From the IMG/VR virus record IMGVR_UViG_3300008217_000040, positions 1 to 31,595 of that record: a DNA stretch of 31,595 bases. The stretch is one strand, 5' to 3'. The DNA comes from a virus. Its lineage: Duplodnaviria > Caudoviricetes. Of the stretch, positions 16,505 through 24,515 are shown piece after piece (within the stretch, counting starts at the first letter, position 1; each line of letters starts with the position of its first letter). A model generated the notes under the pieces. The model was not told where the DNA came from. It did not search any database and was given only the letters and a program-made list of their open reading frames with translations. The position numbers were made by a program, and so were the translations under genes.

Positions 16505-16512
16505 TTTATTCA

Positions 16513-16620
16513 CCTCCAAGTGAATTGGTTTCGATTTAAAACAAAATATTTACTAGTCAATATTTTGTTCTGGCTATCATCTTCAGGAGCTAGTCGCCAC
16601 ACTAGCTCGACCCTTGGAGG
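16513..16620 (-). ncRNA. Hammerhead ribozyme HH1, type III, stem III extension pairs with the downstream SD
   Basis: CCUCCAAG GGUC^GAGCUAGU-GUGGCG-ACUAGCUC CUGAAGA(U) GAU..12-bp helix..AUC GAAA CC AAUUCA CUUGGAGG; cut 16609/16608. Confidence 0.8.
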
Positions 16621-16742
16621 AAGGTCCCAACGTAGTCCGATTGTCTTCGCCGCTATTTTTATTCTGGCCTGATGAATTCAGATTCGACAGCGTTGGGAAT
16701 TTCTTGTTGACGTTGCATCAAAAAACTTATCCCGTCCTGCTT

Positions 16743-16961
16743 TCCCCGAGGGTACTCCTAGCAAGACTAACCGCCTGCACTGAACCCAACCAAAAGACAA
16801 GGCTTCCTTGTTGGATTTTCTGGCGGTCTTGGTTCACTTGGTGAACCTCTCCGCTCTACCCGCTACCTCTTAACTCCTGATGGAGTTCCAGCGATTTGAC
16901 TTGCGGACATTTCGAACCGTGTCATCGCGACAGTGTTGAAACAACCGCAGGCCCTCGGGGA
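16743..16961 (-). ncRNA. Candidate large multi-stem structured RNA (operon leader)
   Basis: 10-bp closing helix UCCCCGAGGG/CCCUCGGGGA enclosing four sub-domains; no convincing ORF; strand inferred from the operon. Confidence 0.55.
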
Positions 16962-17150
16962 CTGGTTTCATGATATGAGGGTTGATCCAATCAAACTTGC
17001 TGCATATCACTTCTACTAAGAATTTTAGATCAGTCAAACATCATTCGCAACATCAACTGCACACGATAGCTAAGTGCAAGCGTAGCTTTGGTTAGTGGCA
17101 CGAGATAATATTTTACTGAGCCAAAAACAATCTCAGGTTGCGCAGGAATT

Positions 17151-17636
17151 ATGGTCAAAAAACCGAAAGCAAAATTGGAAGTTGTCCCGCAGATTGATCT
17201 CACGTTAACGCAAAAGCAACGTGCATTTGTTGACGCAGTTTCGCGCGGCAAGTTGGGTAGTCACAAGGCGGCGTACGCAGAGGCGTACAGCGTTAGGCTG
17301 AACAAGAATGGTTCGATACCAAAGTGGGTAGAAGTCGAAGCCAGCAAGCTGCTAGCGACTCCTAAGATTGCACTAAGCTTGCAACGTGCATTGCAGAGGA
17401 AAGAGCACGAGTCGGTAGCATCCGCGCTTAGGATCAGGAATCACGTTATCTCACGGCTCTACACAGAGAGCACCGAAGCAGAGTCTGACGCATCGCGGGT
17501 ACGGGCACTCGAACTTCTCGGCAAGCTTGATCATGTGTCACTGTTCAGCGACAAGGTGGAGGTGCGCGAAGAGTCGAGGTCACCTGAGGAAATCGAGTCT
17601 GAGCTACACCAACGGCTGTCTGAGCTACTGGCCTGA
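17151..17636 (+). CDS. terS: Terminase small subunit (probable)
   Basis: LTQKQRAFV..AY..AY..ASKLL..PKI HTH-type N-terminus and RVRALELLGK; upstream of TerL. Confidence 0.75.
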   Translation: MVKKPKAKLEVVPQIDLTLTQKQRAFVDAVSRGKLGSHKAAYAEAYSVRLNKNGSIPKWVEVEASKLLATPKIALSLQRALQRKEHESVASALRIRNHVISRLYTESTEAESDASRVRALELLGKLDHVSLFSDKVEVREESRSPEEIESELHQRLSELLA

Positions 17637-17751
17637 CATGACCTTCACTGGACTCACACACAGACGCGCCACGCCTGTGCGCGCCCTGAGTGCGCCTGAG
17701 CGGGTGAGTGGCCGATCCAAGGCAGAATAATGAGTTGAGAAAATCCTTATA

Positions 17752-17809
17752 AATCAGTAACTTAGAACCCGACTGAGAAAGGAAAAAACCCTTGACAATC
17801 AATAACTTA
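17752..17809 (+). promoter_or_regulatory. Two IHF-like sites
   Basis: AATCAATAACTTA (17797-17809) matches WATCAANNNNTTR exactly; AATCAGTAACTTA (17752-17764) has one mismatch. Confidence 0.5.
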
Positions 17810-18391
17810 CAGATTCCATCCCGTAGTTCCCGCGCCCGACAGACACCCACCCCCCACGGAAGAAAAAAGGTGTAGCGACCGACTGTATTTACATAGTGAT
17901 CTGCTCATCCATAGCCCACTTTTCATACCCCACCGGTACTATATTACTGAAATCACAGCCTTTTTTGCCCATACCACCCCTTGTTTTCACTATTTTTACC
18001 CGAATTACGCCATACCCGGCCGGTATTTTTTGGTATTTGCGCAGACAATGGCCCAGTTATTTGAGTTTCGTGTGAAGATGTGGTCAGATGCTAAAATCTT
18101 GAGCTACTTACGCCCCGTAAGTAGCTTCTACTAAATAGTACTTAGTAAGAGGTATTAGCTATGAATGATTAATACAATGGTATTTAGTAAGGCAACTATC
18201 TAGGAAGAGATTCTATACAGAAAGAAGTTCTTACTAAGTTATATCTTATTATGGGGAGGAGCAGGCCGGATGTTTTGGATCACAGTAATAGTTCACCTTA
18301 AAGGAAAGCCTGTTTCCTCTTCTTCTTGCAGACGAGTTGCAGGTTGCATTCCCCTAGTAGACGCAACGTGCAACTCATATGTTTTCGTCCT

Positions 18392-19891
18392 ATGAATAAT
18401 GTTGCACTAACCCAGTTACAAAACGCTTCCATCGAGCAAAAGCAGGAAATTCTGGTCCTGCTGGATGAATTACAGGACGCTAGGGCGAGACAAGCCTGCG
18501 GACAGAACTTCATGCCCTTTGTGAAAGAGATGTGGTCTGCCTTTATCGAAGGTGCTCATCACTCGATCATGGCCGAAGCCTTTGAAAGGGTTGCAAAAGG
18601 GGACTTGAAGAGGCTTATTATCAATATGCCGCCTAGGCATACCAAGTCTGAGTTTGCTTCCTACCTTCTTCCTGCTTGGTTTCTCGGAAGATTCCCCGAA
18701 AAGAAGATTATTCAGACTGCCCATACTGCTGAACTTGCTGTGGGGTTCGGCAGAAAGGTCAGGAATCTGGTCAATAGTGCTGATTTTAAAAAGATTTTCC
18801 CCAAAACCAGCCTTCAGGCCGACTCCAAGGCTGCAGGCAGGTGGAATACGAACCGTGGAGGGGAGTATTTCGCCATCGGTGTGGGCGGTGCGGTAACGGG
18901 TAAGGGCGCAGACCTGCTGATTATCGATGACCCGCATTCGGAGCAGGAAGGCGCTAGCGCAGACTTCAATGTTTTCCAGCGTACTTATGAGTGGTATACC
19001 TCTGGGCCGAGGCAGAGGCTCCAGCCCGGCGGGGCCATAGTAGTCGTGATGACGCGGTGGCACGAGAAAGACCTTACAGGTGAAGTGGTCGATGCTAGCG
19101 TCAAAAGAGGAGGCTCCGATCAGTGGGAAGTGGTTGAATTACCAGCTATTTTACCATCAGGCAGGCCCCTTTGGGAAGAATTCTGGAAACTGGAGGAGCT
19201 TGAGGCGTTACGCTCTGAACTGCCTACCTCAAAATGGTCTGCCCAGTATCAGCAGAACCCGACATCTGAAGAAGGCGCTCTCGTAAAACGGGAGTGGTGG
19301 AAGGAATGGAGCGGGATCGATCCCCCGAAATGCGAGTTTGTTATCCAGTCATGGGATACTGCCTTCCTGAAAACAGAGAGGGCTGATTATTCTGCCTGTA
19401 CTACATGGGGGGTTTTCTACCTAGAAAACAAGGATGAGGGGACAATGGCCCCAAACCTGATCCTGCTCGATGCCTACAAGGAAAGGCTTGAATTTCCAGA
19501 CCTGAAGAAGACTGCAATGGAAAAGTACAGGGCCTACAAGCCAGATGCTTTCATTGTGGAAGCGAAAGCTGCAGGTACTCCGCTCATTTTCGAGTTGAGG
19601 CAGATCGGTATTCCCGTATCTGAATACACGCCTAGCCGTGGAAATGACAAGATTGCGAGGGTTAATGCGGTTGCTGACCTGTTCTTTTCTGGGGTGGTCT
19701 GGTGTCCAAAGACTAGATGGGCCGAAGAAGTGGTGGAGGAATTTGCTGGATTTCCGAATATGCAGCATGATGATCTGGTGGACAGCAGTACTCAGGCGTT
19801 GCTCAGGTTCAGGCAGGGAGGTTTTGTTTCCCTGTCATCTGACGAGGAAGATGAGCCGATGGAGCCGAACAGGATAGCGGATTATTATTAG
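18392..19891 (+). CDS. terL: Terminase large subunit
   Basis: MPPRHTKS Walker A, LIIDD Walker B, MTRW, YQQ.P, nuclease QSWDTA and HDDLVD. Confidence 0.96.
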   Translation: MNNVALTQLQNASIEQKQEILVLLDELQDARARQACGQNFMPFVKEMWSAFIEGAHHSIMAEAFERVAKGDLKRLIINMPPRHTKSEFASYLLPAWFLGRFPEKKIIQTAHTAELAVGFGRKVRNLVNSADFKKIFPKTSLQADSKAAGRWNTNRGGEYFAIGVGGAVTGKGADLLIIDDPHSEQEGASADFNVFQRTYEWYTSGPRQRLQPGGAIVVVMTRWHEKDLTGEVVDASVKRGGSDQWEVVELPAILPSGRPLWEEFWKLEELEALRSELPTSKWSAQYQQNPTSEEGALVKREWWKEWSGIDPPKCEFVIQSWDTAFLKTERADYSACTTWGVFYLENKDEGTMAPNLILLDAYKERLEFPDLKKTAMEKYRAYKPDAFIVEAKAAGTPLIFELRQIGIPVSEYTPSRGNDKIARVNAVADLFFSGVVWCPKTRWAEEVVEEFAGFPNMQHDDLVDSSTQALLRFRQGGFVSLSSDEEDEPMEPNRIADYY

Positions 19892-19908
19892 GAGAAATGG
19901 AGTTATCT

Positions 19909-22392
19909 ATGGCTATAGAACGAAACCCAGCAACACCTATTGAGGGTCTTGTGGAGCAGGAACCAGAAGAGGCACTCTCTATCGCGATAGAGAACCCAGA
20001 GTCCGTATCCATTGATACGGAAGACGGGGGGATGATTATTGATTTTGATCCTAACCGAAAAGAGACAACGGATCAGGATTTTAATTCCAATCTTGTTGAT
20101 TTTATTGAAGATGATGAACTTCAGAGAATAGGCTCTGAACTTGTCCAGTCATTTAAATCGGATAAGGAATCACGCGCTGAATGGGAAGAAGCCTATATCA
20201 AGGGACTTGACCAGCTTGGGCTGAAGATCGAGGAAAGGACAGCACCTTGGGCTGGCGCTTGCGGGGTCTTCCATCCCATGCTGAGTGAGGCAGTGGTTCG
20301 GTTCCAGTCACAGGCGATTTCTGAAATCTTTCCCGCTCAGGGACCAGTCAGGATCAAGATTGTAGGAAAAATAACAGACGAGAAAGAATCTCAGGGTGAA
20401 AGAGTCAAGAATTACCTGAACTACCTTCTCACCCATGAGATGGTTGAATATCGGTCAGAGACCGAGAAGATGCTTTTCTCACTTCCTCTGGCAGGGTCTG
20501 CTTTCAGGAAAATATACTACGATCATAACCTTGGAAGGCCGTGCGGTATTTTTGTACCTGCTGAGGATGTGGTGGTGAATTACGGGGCCAGTGACCTTGA
20601 GACCTGTGAGAGAGCCTCCCATGTAATGAAAAAATCGACCAATGACATCAGGAAGATGCAGGTTAGCGGCTTTTACAGGGATGTGGAACTTCCAGACGCA
20701 ACACCCAGTTCAAGCGATATCACGGAGAAATATGACCAGATGACTGGCGAAATGGATGTATTTAATTACGACAACCGCCATGAATTACTTGAAATGCAGG
20801 TAGACCTTGATCTGGTCGGGTTTGAAGATACCTCCGAAAACGGTGAGCCTACTGGGATTGCGTTGCCCTATGCAGTTACTCTGGACTATCCGTCTGGAGT
20901 CATACTCAGCATCCGAAGGAATTATTATGAGGATGACCCTAAAAAATTACGCAGGATGCACTTTGTCCATTACCAGTACCTGCCCGGTCTGGGATTCTAC
21001 GGGCTAGGTCTGGTCCATCTTGTTGGCGGCCTGTCAAAGTCTGCAACCAGTCTTCTCAGGCAACTCGTGGATGCGGGGACTCTTTCCAATTTACCGGGTG
21101 GCCTCAAGGCGCGTGGATTGCGTATCAAGGGCGATGACACGCCAATCATGCCGGGCGAGTTCCGTGATGTGGATGTGCCGGGCGGGGTTATTCGGGACAA
21201 TATCACCTTCCTTCCCTACAAGGAGCCGAGCGCAACCCTGTACCAGTTACTGGGAAATATCGTAGAAGAGGGGAGGCGTTTTGCAAGCATTACTGACCTG
21301 AAGGTTTCAGATATGAATAATCAGGCCCCAGTGGGTACGACTCTGGCCCTTCTTGAGAGGAACATGAAGGTAATGAGTGCGGTACAGGCTAGGTTACACG
21401 CATCCATGCGCAAGGAATTTGGGATTCTGGTCACTATCGTCAAGGATTTCACGGATGCAAGCTATCCCTACGAAGTTGAAGAGGAAGAAGCGGTCAAGAT
21501 GGAAGATTTCGATGAAAGGATCGATGTTCTTCCTGTTTCTGACCCGAATGCCGCCACGATGGCGCAGAGGATCATGCAGTATCAGGCGGCTCTGCAACTG
21601 GCCTCCCAGTCACCACAGATGTATGACCTTCCCAAACTGCACAGGCAGATGCTCGATGTACTCGGTATCAGGGATGCAGAAGATATTATTCCAGATAAGA
21701 ATGATGTCCCTCCTGTTGATCCAGTGACGGCTGTTCAGAACCTCCTGAATGGAGTTCCAGTAAAAGCTTTTGAATTCCAAGACCATGAAGCACACATACA
21801 GACCGTTACATCTGCGCAACAGGACCCGAATATTACACAGAAACTGGAACAGGCCCCGAATGCACAGATGATAATGATGACGGCTTCTGCCTATATTACG
21901 GAACATCTTGCCCTGCAGTTCAGGGAGCAGGTCGAGCAGGAAATGGGGACCCAGCTTCCGCCTGTAGGGGAGCCTCTGCCGCCCGATGTGGAGAAGCGTA
22001 TTTCTGCTCTGGTTGCGCAGGCAGCGACCCGGGTAGCTGCAACGAATGCAGCGAAGGCGGAACAGCAGAGAATTCAGGAACAGCAGGAAGACCCGTTGAT
22101 ACAGGCCAAGCAGAAGGAACTTCAGATCAAGGAATCCGAAGTGCAGCGTAAGGCGCAGAGTGATCAGGCAAAAATTCAGCTTGAAGCACAAAAGGCTGCG
22201 GCCAAGGATGCAGTGGAAAACAAGAGGATTGATTCTCAGGAGAGGATTGCTGGGGCCAGTATAGGGCAGAAAATTGCTAGCGATTTGCTAGAAGAGAAAA
22301 AACAAAAGGATAAAGAGGCCAGAGAGGATTACAGAAAAGGTGTTGACATTGGGATACAGGTAGCTAAAGATAACAAAACTAATGAGGAATGA
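19909..22392 (+). CDS. Portal protein
   Basis: About 830 aa directly after TerL; HP.L.EAV.RFQ, FYGLGL.HL.GGL, long coiled-coil C-terminus (P22-like barrel); alternative start 19897. Confidence 0.9.
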   Translation: MAIERNPATPIEGLVEQEPEEALSIAIENPESVSIDTEDGGMIIDFDPNRKETTDQDFNSNLVDFIEDDELQRIGSELVQSFKSDKESRAEWEEAYIKGLDQLGLKIEERTAPWAGACGVFHPMLSEAVVRFQSQAISEIFPAQGPVRIKIVGKITDEKESQGERVKNYLNYLLTHEMVEYRSETEKMLFSLPLAGSAFRKIYYDHNLGRPCGIFVPAEDVVVNYGASDLETCERASHVMKKSTNDIRKMQVSGFYRDVELPDATPSSSDITEKYDQMTGEMDVFNYDNRHELLEMQVDLDLVGFEDTSENGEPTGIALPYAVTLDYPSGVILSIRRNYYEDDPKKLRRMHFVHYQYLPGLGFYGLGLVHLVGGLSKSATSLLRQLVDAGTLSNLPGGLKARGLRIKGDDTPIMPGEFRDVDVPGGVIRDNITFLPYKEPSATLYQLLGNIVEEGRRFASITDLKVSDMNNQAPVGTTLALLERNMKVMSAVQARLHASMRKEFGILVTIVKDFTDASYPYEVEEEEAVKMEDFDERIDVLPVSDPNAATMAQRIMQYQAALQLASQSPQMYDLPKLHRQMLDVLGIRDAEDIIPDKNDVPPVDPVTAVQNLLNGVPVKAFEFQDHEAHIQTVTSAQQDPNITQKLEQAPNAQMIMMTASAYITEHLALQFREQVEQEMGTQLPPVGEPLPPDVEKRISALVAQAATRVAATNAAKAEQQRIQEQQEDPLIQAKQKELQIKESEVQRKAQSDQAKIQLEAQKAAAKDAVENKRIDSQERIAGASIGQKIASDLLEEKKQKDKEAREDYRKGVDIGIQVAKDNKTNEE

Positions 22393-22591
22393 TTTCAAAG
22401 AGCAATCACTTTCTGACTTTTTGAAAAGACGGTTCTCAGAGATGAAGAGTGAGCATACCGATCATCTTTCTGGGGGCAGCTGCAAGGATTTTGGTGAATA
22501 CCAGAAAATGGTAGGAATTGTGGAAGGTCTTTCTCTTGCCGAAAGAGAGATGTTTGAATGGGTAGGTAAATTCATTGAATCAGACGGTTAA
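22382..22591 (+). CDS. Small head-region hypothetical protein
   Basis: G.C.DF.EYQKMVG..EGL..AE pattern, overlaps portal and GroES genes. Confidence 0.75.
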   Translation: MRNDFKEQSLSDFLKRRFSEMKSEHTDHLSGGSCKDFGEYQKMVGIVEGLSLAEREMFEWVGKFIESDG

Positions 22592-22949
22592 GAGTCCAGT
22601 TCGGGAACTGGATACAAAAAGCCAGCTTCCAAACCCTAAGGGATGGAGGATACTGGTTGTTATGCCAGATGCGGAAGAGAAGACCGAAGGTGGCATTGTT
22701 AAGGCGAAACAAACGATCAGGGACGAGGAAGTCAGCAATATCTGCGCTTATGTGCTTGATCTTGGGCCAGATTGCTACAATGATTCCGCGAGGTTTCCTT
22801 CTGGGCCTTGGTGCAAGAAAGGGGATTGGGTGGTTTTCAGGTCATATTCTGGAACCAGAATCAAAATGTACGGGAAAGAGTTCAGGCTTATCAACGATGA
22901 TACCGTGGAAGCGGTGGTTGAAGACCCGACAGGAGTGGTCAGGACATGA
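22575..22949 (+). CDS. groES: GroES-like co-chaperonin
   Basis: P.GWRILV...EEKTEGGIV mobile loop, GDWVVF..YSGT, FRLINDD.V.AVV. Confidence 0.9.
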   Translation: MNQTVKSPVRELDTKSQLPNPKGWRILVVMPDAEEKTEGGIVKAKQTIRDEEVSNICAYVLDLGPDCYNDSARFPSGPWCKKGDWVVFRSYSGTRIKMYGKEFRLINDDTVEAVVEDPTGVVRT

Positions 22950-23944
22950 GTGAAGAAAATAAAGTTGAGGCAGAGATTCCAAGACAATCCGAAGAAGAAA
23001 AGTTTTTTGGGGTAAAAACGGAAATTACGGATACCGTCTCTGGTGACAACCTGAGCATAGAGGTTGTGGAGGATTCTCCAGAGATTCCAGAAAAAAAATC
23101 TTCTTCCAGTGAACATGATCCTTCTGAGGTGGATAACGAAATATCTGAACTCAGCCAACGTGCAGGGGATCGTATTTCCCACCTTAAATACCAGTACAGT
23201 CAGGAGCAGAGGGAAAAAGAATCTATAAAGCAGGAACGTAACGAAGCTGCCAGACAGATGAAGGCTCTCATGTCTGATAACCAGCGCCTTCAGGCAATGC
23301 TGACTTCGGGTTCCGAAGCCTTGAATAAACAGGCACTGAATAATGCGCAATGGGCCAAGCATAGTGCGCAGGCCCAGTTCAAGAAAGCTTATGATGACGG
23401 GGACGCGGATGCCATGAGTAAGGCTCAGGAGCAGCTGTCAAAGGCTACTCTGGCAGAGCAGCAGTCTCCTAATTATGCGCAGCAATTACAACATAACGTA
23501 GCACAGCAGTTTTCGAATCAGCCCCAGCCTCAGCCAGAAGAGCAGGCGCAGCCTGATCCTGATATGCAGCAATGGGCGAACAGGAACCCTTGGTTTATGG
23601 GATCAGAACCCTTCCAGAGGGAGATGACTGCCTATTCAATGTGGGTTGACCAGCACCTTCAGGGGTCTGGAGTTGATCCTGCCAAGGAGCCAGATCGTTA
23701 CTACAAAGAAGTCGATACTATGATGAAAGCGCAATTTCCATCATTTTATGGTATACAATCAACATCTGAGGCTGTCGTGGAAGCGCAGCCTGAGAGGCGG
23801 CAACCATCGAGTGTTGTTGCACCAGCCACGAGGAATAGCGGGAAAGCTACTCGTGAAATAAAACTGGAAGGTAGCCAAGTTAGACTAGCTCGCCAACTTG
23901 GGATAACGCCTGAACAGTATGCGAAGGAGCTTTTGAGGAGATAA
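22946..23944 (+). CDS. Capsid scaffolding protein (probable)
   Basis: Acidic coiled-coil, W...NPWF, C-terminal ARQLGITPEQYAK; between portal and capsid genes. Confidence 0.75.
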   Translation: MSEENKVEAEIPRQSEEEKFFGVKTEITDTVSGDNLSIEVVEDSPEIPEKKSSSSEHDPSEVDNEISELSQRAGDRISHLKYQYSQEQREKESIKQERNEAARQMKALMSDNQRLQAMLTSGSEALNKQALNNAQWAKHSAQAQFKKAYDDGDADAMSKAQEQLSKATLAEQQSPNYAQQLQHNVAQQFSNQPQPQPEEQAQPDPDMQQWANRNPWFMGSEPFQREMTAYSMWVDQHLQGSGVDPAKEPDRYYKEVDTMMKAQFPSFYGIQSTSEAVVEAQPERRQPSSVVAPATRNSGKATREIKLEGSQVRLARQLGITPEQYAKELLRR

Positions 23945-23949
23945 CTTGT

Positions 23950-24480
23950 ATGTCTGAGCAGGATCAAACGGTAGATAATATCGAGAAAGAGCTTTTGACT
24001 GAAAGTTTGCCTGAAGAGCAGGAAGAGCGCACCCCGAGGGGTTCAGAAAGCCGGGAGGCTACCCAGCGATATGAAAGTTGGGAAAATCCATCTAATTTGC
24101 CTGACCCTACACCACAACCGGGATGGGTTTTTCGTTATATCAGAACCAGTGTTACTGGAGAAACTGATGTTACGAATGTGTCCAAAAGATTTCGGGAGGG
24201 ATGGAAGCCTTGTAAGCTTGAGGATCATCCTGAACTCCAGATGCATATGATGGACCATAAATCTGACTGGGCGATGAAGGGCCATGTGGAAATAGGTGGG
24301 TTATTATTGTGCAAGATGCCTGAAGAAAGGGCGAAAGCCCGTGATGAGTATTTTAGCAAAATGGCTCAACAACAGATGGACTCTGTGGACAATGTTTACT
24401 TTAAGAATCAGGATTCCCGTATGGCGACAAAGCAAGTCTTTGAGCGCAAATCGAGAACCTCTTTCGGGCGCGACTCGTGA
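23950..24480 (+). CDS. Head-region protein of unknown function
   Basis: LP.P...GW.FRYIR, REGW.P, GGLLLCKMP pattern. Confidence 0.75.
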   Translation: MSEQDQTVDNIEKELLTESLPEEQEERTPRGSESREATQRYESWENPSNLPDPTPQPGWVFRYIRTSVTGETDVTNVSKRFREGWKPCKLEDHPELQMHMMDHKSDWAMKGHVEIGGLLLCKMPEERAKARDEYFSKMAQQQMDSVDNVYFKNQDSRMATKQVFERKSRTSFGRDS

Positions 24481-24515
24481 AGTCGCATTCTGTTTAATTT
24501 TTTTGGAGAGATACT

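Noticed and set aside
16669-16700. Plus-strand CTGATGA as a seventh hammerhead
   Set aside because: No stem II followed by GAAA, and no compatible stems I and III.
18326-18391. Longer TerL start at 18326
   Set aside because: The extension lies in a hairpin and is not protein-like; ATG 18392 preferred.
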